Shown here: piece by piece, positions 48,501-59,200 of the stretch | How the letters are laid out: every line of letters begins with the position of its first letter | Position numbering within the stretch: position 1 is the first letter of the stretch | DNA from: Podarcis liolepis | Lineage: Eukaryota | Reading direction: 5' to 3' (one strand) | DNA: 64,000 nucleotides | NCBI GenBank assembly: GCA_965112155.1 | Contig: OZ218105.1 | The notes under the pieces: model-generated | The model's input: only the letters and a program-made list of their open reading frames with translations | Database searches by the model: none | What the model was told of the DNA's origin: nothing | Translations under genes and position numbers: made by a program

Positions 48501-49706
48501 AAATATCAAGTGTAGCTCTTGTATGTTGTAGAGCAGTGAATACGCATTATGAAGACCTAGACTCAAAATTTCTCTTTTATTATTAGGCTTGGAGTGGGAC
48601 AGTATTGCAGAATGTGTAGAGTGGCTAAAACCGTTTCTTAAGGTTGCAAAAAAATCACCAGTGAAACTAAAGAATTTTAAGAAAATTGCAGCAGAAGACA
48701 GGCATAATATACAGACGCACACAAACTACTTGGACATGCTGGTGAGTTGTTTCTCCCACTCTGAGTTTCATGTTGTACCTCTGAGTGTTAAAGTAATGTC
48801 ACGTATCTTGCCCACTTCCAGTGTAAAAGTTATTTGGGCTGGCAAGACATATTTGTATAGCACTACAGAGATGTTTAAAGAAATAGGTTCAAGTTCAAGG
48901 TCAGGAGCTAGTGAGTTCTGGGCCAGATCCAGCTGCTTCCTTCTCCACTTGAGCTGGTCCAGGACAAACCTCTGACCCTTAGGTCTTTTAAAACATGAAA
49001 CACTATCGTCCCTGACCATGTTCATACTGACTAGGGCTGTAAAGACAGTGATGTACATTTTTGGCAGTTAATATAGTTGCATTAGAAAGTAAAACTAATG
49101 TATAAAGATAACTGAAATTTGAAGATGCATCTAGTTTTAAATACATGAACACAATAAGAAATAAGCTGTGTTGGAGCAGTAGTACAGTTGGTCTTTTATC
49201 AGTAGACAGGCATACTGTAAACAGAACCAATGTGCCCCCAACTCAGACTAGGTGGGCTACTGGCTTGATCCAACAGGGCTATTTTGACCAGTCACTAGGC
49301 TTGTTTAAGGGCAATGGGTAGGGGTGGATACATGTCCCCTTACCTCCCTGGAGAAAAAGGAAGGAAATTCTTGCCATTTGCATGAAAGATGCAGACCATG
49401 AGGTGAGGAGAGGGCACCCTAGCTGTACCAGTTCCTTTTCAAGGAAAGGGGGACTATATGTAGGAATGCAAGGGAGCAATTTTCTGCCTTTGAGTCCACA
49501 GGCAAAAGCTCTCATGAAGGAATGTGCTCTGAACCATAGGGGAATAGCAAAGCAGAAATTGCTTGGTTTACCATTTTGGTGCATTAATTTAAATATTAAT
49601 TAAATAGGATGAAGTCAACTATGAAGTAGCTGTTGCAGCACCAGGCCAGCTATCACCGGTGTCTACAGGAGGAATAATTACCCCACCCAAGAGTTCTGAA
49701 AAATGA
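36540..49706 (+). CDS. CCNE2: G1/S-specific cyclin E2, 399 aa; join(36540..36553,36714..36816,39048..39098,39936..40087,42284..42419,43021..43167,44861..44956,45998..46132,47213..47324,48587..48741,49608..49706)
   Basis: MSRRSSRLQAK start; [15 protein letters not shown]; cyclin box [33 protein letters not shown]; [18 protein letters not shown]; [13 protein letters not shown]; C-terminal IITPPKS degron; 1200 nt in frame, all GT-AG. Confidence 0.97.
36714..36816 (+). CDS. CCNE2: CCNE2 exon 3
   Basis: [12 protein letters not shown]...RKRKAMQ|gtaagt. Confidence 0.9.
37095..38422. mobile_element. Young non-autonomous hAT-type transposon carrying captured GNAL 5' region (Pack-type element)
   Basis: Perfect 17-bp TIRs cagtggcgtagcgtggg/cccacgctacgccactg; perfect 8-bp TSD tttcaggg (37087-37094, 38423-38430); CpG-rich cargo. 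Confidence 0.9.
37159..37900 (-). pseudogene. GNAL: Captured fragment of GNAL (XL-Golf isoform) first exon and promoter; first about 19 codons from ATG at 37215
   Basis: Translates [19 protein letters not shown], matching recalled human XL-Golf start [13 protein letters not shown]; GCC-rich 5' UTR-like leader; truncated at the transposon end; upstream limit approximate. Confidence 0.75.
39048..39098 (+). CDS. CCNE2: CCNE2 exon 4
   Basis: [17 protein letters not shown]. Confidence 0.9.
39504..39816. mobile_element. Tc2/pogo-like MITE (ccgtattt termini)
   Basis: TIR-like ends, TA TSD. Confidence 0.65.
39936..40087 (+). CDS. CCNE2: CCNE2 exon 5
   Basis: [23 protein letters not shown]...NPSPLPELS. 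Confidence 0.95.
41036..41409. mobile_element. Tc2/pogo-like MITE
   Basis: ccgtatttttccatgtataagacg...gtcttatagatggaaaagtatgg, TA TSD. Confidence 0.65.
42284..42419 (+). CDS. CCNE2: CCNE2 exon 6
   Basis: [15 protein letters not shown]...[11 protein letters not shown]. Confidence 0.95.
42595..42894. mobile_element. hAT-type MITE
   Basis: caggggtcac...tgacccct ends; TSD gtatatag/atatatag. Confidence 0.65.
43021..43167 (+). CDS. CCNE2: CCNE2 exon 7
   Basis: [23 protein letters not shown]...FIASKLE. Confidence 0.95.
43725..44062 (+). mobile_element. Sauria SINE nested in an older SINE
   Basis: gggacgcgggtggcgctgtgg head, tttaccttt tail, TSD-like tactcacaa/tactcccaa. Confidence 0.85.
44861..44956 (+). 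CDS. CCNE2: CCNE2 exon 8
   Basis: [32 protein letters not shown]. Confidence 0.95.
45998..46132 (+). CDS. CCNE2: CCNE2 exon 9
   Basis: [45 protein letters not shown]. Confidence 0.95.
47213..47324 (+). CDS. CCNE2: CCNE2 exon 10
   Basis: [29 protein letters not shown]. Confidence 0.95.
48587..48741 (+). CDS. CCNE2: CCNE2 exon 11
   Basis: [12 protein letters not shown]...[16 protein letters not shown]. Confidence 0.95.
49608..49706 (+). CDS. CCNE2: CCNE2 exon 12 (last coding)
   Basis: [32 protein letters not shown]. Confidence 0.93.
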   Translation, partial: DEVNYEVAVAAPGQLSPVSTGGIITPPKSSEK

Positions 49707-50595
49707 AATCCCTGCACAACAGGAGTGTGTGCCAACCTGAACAATATTGTAAGACTGTTGGAAAATACATCCTGGACTTTTTACACTTGACAAGTGGTTG
49801 GGAAGCCTATCAAAAGGAAGCTCACATTCAACTTTACTGACTTTGCAGCCCAGTAAAGAACAGACTATGAATTAACTGTTCAGCAGTCAGAATGAACTAC
49901 ACATTTTTAACCTGTTGAATGGCCTCAAGTAACTGAGTTTTTTGATACCTGTGGGTGAGTGTGTCAGTGGTTTAGCTATGTATGAACTTAAGATATATTC
50001 TGCTGACTTCTGTTGAAAGCACATTGTACAGTCAACTTCTACACTCAACAGCATTAGTCAGATTTTAGAAGCCTGCATAGCAGTGTAACTGCTACTGGGA
50101 GATCAATCTTGCTACTATACTTCTGTAGTATAGCTATGAGATAAGATGAAACTGGTTTTAAGCATTGGCGTAGGAAAGTGGGGGTGAGAAGAGGCTGCAG
50201 TTAAACATTGAAACTACTTCTAAAATCAGCAGGCAACTTAAGCAACCAGCATGTAACTGGAACAACACCTGCTTTACCGTGAATAAATGTCACATACTAC
50301 CTCTTTCCTCATGAGGTGCTATCTTTCCTTTTATACAAGAAAAGCTGCCACAAAGCAAGGGTGAAAAAACAAGCAGGTGAAGTTAAGACTGTTCTGCAAC
50401 AGCTTAAGTACTACGGAGAGTCATGCTCTGTCCAAGGTATTTTACTGTCCCTCTTTATGCCAGCTTGCATTACAAAAGCTAATCCGCTTCTGTATAATCT
50501 TGTAAAAAGAAAGGAAGAATTTTTAAGTTTTCTAAATAGGAAGATGCCACACAGTATGTTTATAAATTTGTAAAAAAAAAAAGGTCTTATGCGTT

Positions 50596-50601
50596 AATAA
50601 A
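50596..50601 (+). terminator. CCNE2: Candidate distal CCNE2 polyadenylation signal (proximal candidate at 50282)
   Basis: AATAAA followed by GT-rich gtgttgg. Confidence 0.5.
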
Positions 50602-50658
50602 GTGTTGGAAATAACTTGCAGCTGCCATCGTTTATCTTGCTCTCTTAGAAATGGTGCT

Positions 50659-50775
50659 CTAAAAGTAAAGCTTTGCCATTGCTTGAAGAAACTTCTTTTT
50701 CCGTCTTTGAGCAGCAAGCTGCAGCACTTCTTCTGGATTACTGGAATTCAGCTCAGTCTGCCCAATAGCTTTAAT
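50659..50775 (-). CDS. INTS8: INTS8 last coding exon
   Basis: IKAIGQTELNSSNPEEVLQLAAQRRKKKFLQAMAKLYF*. Confidence 0.95.
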   Translation of the reverse strand: MKAIGQTELNSSNPEEVLQLAAQRRKKKFLQAMAKLYF

Positions 50776-53168
50776 CTAAGTATTGAAACAAGCATCAGCA
50801 TAAGTTAGTACTGGCAATAAGCAAGTTCTGAGAATCATTTCAGTGTTTTATATGCAATGCATATTGTTTATGTAATGGCTGCACAGAAGAAAGCACATAG
50901 TAGCAAAAGTTAAACAGCAACTTACTGCTATTTGCTTCTTGTCTGTCTCTCCTCGCTTATGATGAAGGTCTGAAACACAATTAAGGAAACCTAGAAATAC
51001 AGTGAGCAGGACTTTATATAGAAAGTTTTCACATCCTTTAGCCTCTCACAATTATTAAATACTCCTATGAATGGAAGTTCTGCTTTATTATCTTTTTCAT
51101 CTTAGTAAAATAAACCATTTTAAAATGTCATTAATACAACAAAATAGAATCGTGGAATCATACAGCAGAAAAAATAAAGTGAAGTTTATATACTTTGATG
51201 GAAAGAATCCTTCTGTGAGCACAATTCAACAGTATAAGCCACCCTGGTTTTCAAACCAATCCCACGGTGCTGTTTTTATAAAAGGATACATGTCAAGTAT
51301 TCCAAGATGGTAATATCCCAGATGTAGTCATAATAGGAGTCCATTGCATCATGGCTAAGAAAGAAATCTTAGTTAATGTACGTCAATACATTCAAATGCA
51401 CAGTATGTGGAAAGTTAAAACCTTGCTTACCTGTTTTGCTCCTGAAGTGCTTTAAATGCAGTTTTATAATCTATTTCTCTAAGAAACTGGCACAAAATGG
51501 CTACCTAGAAAAATTGAGAGTTGATAAAATGTAACTATGTCACTAACTCCAGATAAGGGAGGCTCCTATTTCATTTATATTATACTGCAATATACATTAT
51601 ACTATACAAGTCTGTGTTTTATTCTAGCAGACTTGTATTGGTAGGACTTGTTTCTAGGTACACAGCGGATATATGCCTTACCTGCGTATGGCAGTTGAGC
51701 AGAGAACAACATTTTATCATTCGTTTTATCACCTGGAGAGAAATGGATATACCATTTTTAGTAAGTCTATAATGTATCCAATCATCTGAGATAATCATCT
51801 GATACTCCAGATACAACTAACCCCTCCACAAAGCACTTAGCCTGCTACTTTTTTTGGCTGAAGCTAGCAATAATAAAGTAACAGAGCAAATATATCTGGC
51901 AACTATATCAATTATCTTTTTGCTCAACATGAATTTCTACAGGCTTCTGGTTTACTTAGAACTAGGTTTCTTTGGCTCTGGAACTGCTCAGAGCCTAGGG
52001 AAACCCATCGACTGAACTTGTGTTATCAAACTTTGAAAACCAGAGCCCTATTTTATGTTGAAGCGGAACATCTTTTGCCTGTTCGCTGACATGTAACTCA
52101 CCTGATCTGTATATACATCTGGCGGTACCATTTTAGTAAAGAAATCCGAACACACAGCTCCTGCCTGAAGATAGTAGTGAAGAGCAGCAGAGTACTGATT
52201 GGTTGCTGCATTGGGGAGAGAGCAATAAAAACAAGCAGTAAATTTCTATCCTGACTCTTTTGAAACAGCATGCAGTAGGTAAGATTAACTGAAGACAGCA
52301 GTAAAAGGTATAAGGATCCCTGACCATTAGGTCCAGTTGTGACTCTGGGGTTGCGGCACTCATCTCGCCTTATTGGCCGAGGGAGCCGGCATACAGCTTC
52401 TGGGTCATGTGGCCAGCATGACTAAGCCGCTTCTGGCGAACCTGAGCAGTGCACGGAAACGCCGTTTACCTTCCCGCCGGAGCGGTACCTATTTATCTAC
52501 TTGCACTTTGACGTGCTTTCGAACTGCTAGGTTGGCAGGAGCAGGGACCGAGCAATGGGAGCTCACCCCGTTGTGGGGATTCGAACCGCCGACCTTCTGA
52601 TCGAAAAGTCCTAGGCTCTGGTTTAACCCACAGCGCCACCCACGTCCCTAAAGACAGCAGTAGTTAGTATTTATTATGGCAACTAAGGAAGCAAGGGTAA
52701 AAAACAAATTTTCAGTTAAGAGTCTAGTCCAGGCTTCCTCAAACTCGGCCCTCAAGATGTTTTGAGATTACAATTCCCATCATCCCTGACCACTGGTCCT
52801 GCTAGCTAGGGATCATGGGAGTTGTAGGCCAAAAACATCTGGAGGGCCGAGGTTGAGGAAGCCTGGTCTAGTAAGCCTACATTTCTGTACTGGCTGTGGA
52901 GGAAGAAGATTCCTTTCTGCATGAAAGTGCAGCTACAAACCTTTTATAATAATAATAAATAATAAACCTTTATTGTCACTACGCCACCTGTGTGCAGTGA
53001 AATTAAACCTTCTAAGCAGGCTGGTAACCTGTTTATTTTTGAAGCTGCTCTACAAGAACAATGACCACTCATGAGACAGAACGCCCCACTTGCAATTCCA
53101 GGCATTGCTTCCAGAGGAGTCTCAAAACTATTATTCACCAAATCTTTCCTTCTATCTTACATAACAAG

Positions 53169-53253
<85 letters not shown>

Positions 53254-56200
53254 CAGCCAGTAACACAAATGAAAGAGTGAGAGGAAGAAGTTCATTCAAC
53301 TTACCAAAATAAATATCTGCTTGAATGATTAACCAGAAGTGATTATTTGAATTTACAGTCAGTGCATAACTGACCAACTCTTTGATAGTAACAGCTACAG
53401 CTTCAAAATCCACTGACTGCAAGCTGAAAAGACAAAACATTTTATAACATTTGTCACCTACTTCTAAACTGAAAGTGTAGCATTCAAATTTTAAAGATGT
53501 AATTAAACTCTCACATCGTCATACACTATTTAAACACATTTCCTGTGTGTGATTAAAGTACCCCAGGATCACAGAAATACCACCGCTTGGGCATGTTAAG
53601 TGTGATCAGGAAGAAGCCAGGCTGCAGCAAGAGCTACTTCATTTTTGTCTGCAGCTGGTGCAGAATTTGGCAGCCAGGTTGCTCACCAGGGCAAGTTGGT
53701 TTGAGCATATTACACTGATCCTGGCCTGACTGCACTGGCTGCCAATTCATTTCTGGGCCCAATTCAAAGTGTTGGTTTTGACCCATAAAGCCCTAAATGG
53801 CTCAGGACTGCAATACCTCAAGGACTGCCTCTCCCCATATAAACTGACCCAGACTGCATCACCTGAGGCCCTTCTTGATGTGCCCCCGCCACAGAGGGTG
53901 GAAACATAAGAAAATGCATTTTCTTATTAATATTCTACAGCCTTTTAAATGTGTTTGTGGAAAGGGGGGGTTATTGATTTTTTTTGTTTCTGTTTCAACT
54001 AATTATTTGTGCTTTTATCTTGTATTTTGTGAACTGAGATCTTTTGAAGATGGGTGGTGTGTACATCTGAAGAAGAATACAATCTCATTACAGTGGTCTA
54101 GTCACACAGGAAAGAAGTCATGTGCAGTTTTCCACTTCATTAATTCTCCTATTCTCCCTCACCATTATCAGCCAGGATTAAATAACTCTCTTTCCAACTT
54201 TGCATTTCACAGACATTCCAACAAAACACCTCAACCAGGAGATACATAGAGCAGACAGGGATTCCATTATTGGTGTTATACTGGCTCCAGGCTTAAAGAT
54301 GTACAGTTACCACCCTACACGATGCACTGCCAAAACTGGCTTGAGCCACTCTAGGAAGGATGGGGAATTTGCCCCATAATGTTCCTTATATATTCATTTG
54401 GCATAGTCTCTCCAAGCTGATCATTATCCAATTCCCCTAACAAACCCAGAGTCCTCCTCAGGCATCACCCGCTGTCACATAAGCTTTAAGAAAGGCACGT
54501 TAACACATGAGAGTAGTTAGTCAAGCACAACCAAAAGGTATCAAGCCCTAAATATTCTAGATTTAACAAACAGGCATTGCTCTCTCTGGGGAAAACAGAA
54601 TGGGAGGTGTAGTTCCTTGCATAATTGACAGGAAAGCCATTTTATTCTTTAAAATGGAAGGCGCAGAGTTGCTCCTGAAAAACTGTTAAAATATAATTGC
54701 CGCAGTTTTCACTCCATAAGACGCACCTGACCATAAGACGCGCCTAGTTTTTAGAGGAGGAAAGGGGGAAAGCCCTGTTTTGGGGGGATCAGCTCACAGT
54801 TCTGCAGCTTCTTTTGCAGAGGGGAAAAGCCCCCCCCCTTTTTTTGAGGATCAGTTCAAAGTTGTTGAGCTTACTTTGCAAAGGGAAAAAAATCCTGTTT
54901 TTATGGGGTTCAACTCACAGTTCTGCAGCTTCTTTAGGAAAGGAAAGGGAGCCATTTCCAGACAGATAATCAGCCAGTCAGCAGAACATTCAACAATGGA
55001 GGCCTGGGCATGGGGGCGGGGCCAGAAAGGGAGCCAGCGATCGACCACACGTTCGCTCCACAAGACGCACAGACATTTCCCCTTACTTTTTAGGAGGAAA
55101 AAAGTGCATCTCAAGGAGCAAAAAATACGGTAACACATAGACAACCCTTGAAACAAGACACTCAGGACCAAGAAGCAATCTGCAGATCCCCAGAAAAGCA
55201 CATTTCACAATTATAATTGGAGCAAAAACAATTTTCTTACTTAGGAATGGATGATGGCCAAATAGAAATATGTTCTGCGGTAATATCATTCACAATGTCT
55301 TCCTAGAAGAGGAAAGAATATGATATGGGAAATGAGTCCGAGAGGCAGACATCAAAGTCAAATATTTATGATAAGGAGAGTACTGCACTTACCCGAACAT
55401 TATGAAGCTTGACAAACAAAGATAATATTGTTGTCAAAACTAGAGGCTCCTATAGCGGAAAAACAAAAGTACATGATACAATGCTTCTTTTCAGTGTCAG
55501 GGAAATCCAGTTTTTCTTCGCAAACTTTCAAAATGCTTATACAACTTTGAAATGAAATCTATATACATAGCCTCTTAGATTACTGATAAGGATATTACAT
55601 GTCGTAGAAAACTATGCAACTTCACACACAGGTTAAGGCCATTTTGCAAGAGATGTGTGTCACTCTTTGCATTTCTCAAGTCTATTTTTTTTTAAAAGCT
55701 GCATGGCCTACGATGCACACTTGATTAAAATGACTGTCTTCCGAATCTCCCCAACATATTAAAATATGGCACTGTACAGAACAGGTGTTCTTGCAGTTAC
55801 TTGCGAAAATAGATTTAAGTAGCAATTCTTAGGTAAGTTACCCAAGCTATTTATCTGTAGGGCCACACCATAGCAAAAAATTATATGGCCAGCTGCATGT
55901 TTAGGTTTGGGCTTCTATTCAGAACAGGGAGCTTGTTTCCTACCACTGCACTGCTGTTTCTAGAAAGTCTGGTGCATATTATTGGTAATATACAATATAT
56001 AGCTAAGCCTGGATAGCTCAGAACATGGTGCTGATAATGTAAATGTTGCAGGTTTAATCCCCAGATGGTACATATTCCTAGATGATTCTCAGGGTCCCTT
56101 CCAACTCTGCAATTCTGTGATTCTATAATTTTCATTCTATGTATTTCTCAGTTTGTGGAGTCAAAGGCAGCCTCTTTGTTAAATCAATGATAAAACAAGA

Positions 56201-59200
56201 AACCTAAAGAATAGAGTCAGTTTGAAAAAGGGGACTGTCCACTGAGAACACAGAAGTAGTCACCCATCTCTCTGGAGTTTGATTGATTTGCTTTGGTTTA
56301 TTACATTTATTCTCGCATCTATCTGGAATTTGGCAAACTCAACCTGACAAAGGGGAATGCATCTCCTGTTACAACTCCCTTTGAACGAAGGATGAGGAAA
56401 TAACACATTTCTCAAGAAAAAGATAATATCCGCCTGCAAAATATTTTCCTGCAACAGTGGTTTTTTTACAGGGTTAGTCCATAGCAAAAACTTTAGCTCC
56501 AAACTCACCCGCAACTTTTTGATAAAAGAGAGCAGTTCACTCCTAAATAATAGAAGACATGTGGTTACTGTTATCAACTATTTAAAGAAATTCATTATTT
56601 ATATTTATTTAATTTATTTGTAAAAGGTTTTAAAAGCAAATTTTAATGCAACAGGAACTACAATGTACAATCAACCATCAGACCTGAACCAAAATGCTGA
56701 AGTGTATCTTCAACCCCAGAACAGAGTGCTATAAACCATAAGGGGCTCAAATAAGCAGGCCAGTTTACTCTTTTCCCTCCCCACCCATATATTCAATTAA
56801 TCCTATGCAATAATTAATTTAATTAGACTCAATTTAGGGGTGGAGCAATGTTGTAGCTCTTTCTAATGTTGGCTACAGGTACACCCATGTTCAGAAGACA
56901 CCTATTTTGGCTTTGAGTTGTATTTTTTAAAAAAACTATAGCAACTTACCTGTACATTATGCCCAACGTTGAATCTCTCTGCTTTATTAAGCTCACTCTG
57001 CCATCATTCCCTCGTTTGTGTTGGTTGGTTACACTGCAGATCTGTACAACCACCTCCCAAAGGTCTTTCGCTGCCCGTCTACTTTCTTTGGGTCCAGGAA
57101 GATCTTTACATGTGGCAGCCAAAAGCTGTCCAAGCTAAGCAAAACACACCACCAAGAAGGAACCGTCAGTCTTTGAAAGCTTTCAAGGAACGCTGTTTCT
57201 TTTTCCAGCAATCTATGCCTGGTTACAGCTAGGAAATCAAATCTGGCAAAGAAATCCTCAGCTACACAACCCAGAGACCTACTTCGGGGAAACCCAAAGT
57301 TGCTTGTGTATGTCCAGAATGTTTTACTCTTTCCTGGCAGCAGACAAACTCTTACACCTCATATAACACGTGCTTTTGGAATTCAGAATTTCAACAAGTT
57401 TAGCACATACCACATTTTGTGAATCTTTGTACGTTTGTCCATTTACTGTTTTTATGTTTCCCAATTTGAACTATCAAATGGTGATTTTCTTGAGTCAAAA
57501 TGAGAGCACCCCTAAACATTATTTTTTTAAAACAGCACTGTGTGTACCGTATTTTTCGCTCCCTAAGACGCACCTGACCATAAGACGCACCAAGTTTTTA
57601 GAGGCGGAAAGCAAGAAATAAAATATTCTGCGCAGAGCATGTAAGCGGCTCTCGTTTTTCTTGCTTTAAACCCTTCCATCCCTCTTCCCGCTTCGCTGAA
57701 AAGCCAGCAGAGCAAGCTGCGCAGCTCTCACTGAAACCAGTAGAGCAAGAGCGATAGCTGTGCAGCGCCTCTTGTTCTGCTGGCTTCCCAGCAAAGCAGG
57801 ATGAGGGACGAAAGGGAGACCTTACAAGGGAGCGCTGAGCAGAGCCCGGCAGCGGCTCTTGCTGGCTTTTCCGGGAGTTGTGGGAAGGGACATAGGGCAG
57901 CCCATCAGTCCCTTCTCCCACCTTGCGAAAAAGCCCCCAAGAGCCGCACACACACTTCATGCAGCTCTTTAAAGGGAGCACTGAGCAGAGCCTCCCACCT
58001 GCATTAGCTCCATAAGACACACACACATTTCCCCTTACTTTTTAGGAGGGAAAAAGTGTGTCTTATGGAGCGAAAAATATGGTATGTGTATATGTATATG
58101 TACATGTATGGGTGTATCTATATCTATATGCAATCTATATCTATAGCTAGACGAGTTAAAGCAAATGTTGTTGAAAAATAAAGCTCCATTAATTTGGGAA
58201 GCATTTGAACAGAATAACAGGTAAGTCTGGAGACAGTTTAGGATTTATACAATTTCAAATGTATTGGTAGTCAGTTCCGAAACATGCCTTACCTTCACGT
58301 AAGGATTGGTCTGAACCAGTGGGAGAGGAACTTGCATCGTTAAGTACTCATTCTCCCTCCAATTCAACAAAAAGGCAACGCATTCCTCTGCTACAACTTG
58401 TCGAAGTGGAATATCTAAAACAATATTTTTAAAAAGCAACTGATTAGATACTTTTAACATCTTATATGTTTACAAGCATACAATGTTTATTTGTTTGAGA
58501 AAATTTATATACCACGTCATTGTAGTCAAACCTCTAAGCCGTTTGTTTACAATAAACGTTAAAATTATCATTAAGAAGCTAAAATCAGTTAAAACATTTA
58601 AATATAATTAAAATTGACAGCAATAAAGATTGAAGTGCATCAATGTTACTTCAGCATCCTGCTGACATCCTTCCCCCAAGCACCAGGATTGAAGAATACA
58701 AATAAAATCATTCACTCGGATTACAAGCTAATATCTATCAGTTGTGGAGCATTCCCCCTCCTCTGATCCTAAGCTTCTGAAGAAGTTTTCTCACATAATT
58801 AGCCAAGCATTCTTACCAGGAACCCTCATTTCTAAGTAACCTCGAACTCTGCTGATCAGGTTAGAGGGGGGTGTTTCTCCCAAAAGCCCTGCTCCTGCTT
58901 CATGGGAATAAATGTCCAAAAGTAGCACCTCGTTCAGCATGACTTGGCGTAGCTTTGGAGAAAACTCTGTCACAAGTTCAAGGCAAGCGGCAAAAAGCTG
59001 TTTTGCATGGACAAAATCCTGTAATAATAATAAAAAAACAGTGTGAGGAGTTTGCCTATTTCTCTTCTAGTTGCACGTAGAGTGGGTTTTTTTGGGGGGG
59101 ACGATGACAGTAGCTATATTCATGTACAGTGGTACCTCGGGTTAAGTACTTAATTCATTCCGGAGGTCCGTTCTTAACCTGAAACTGTTCTTAACCTGAA

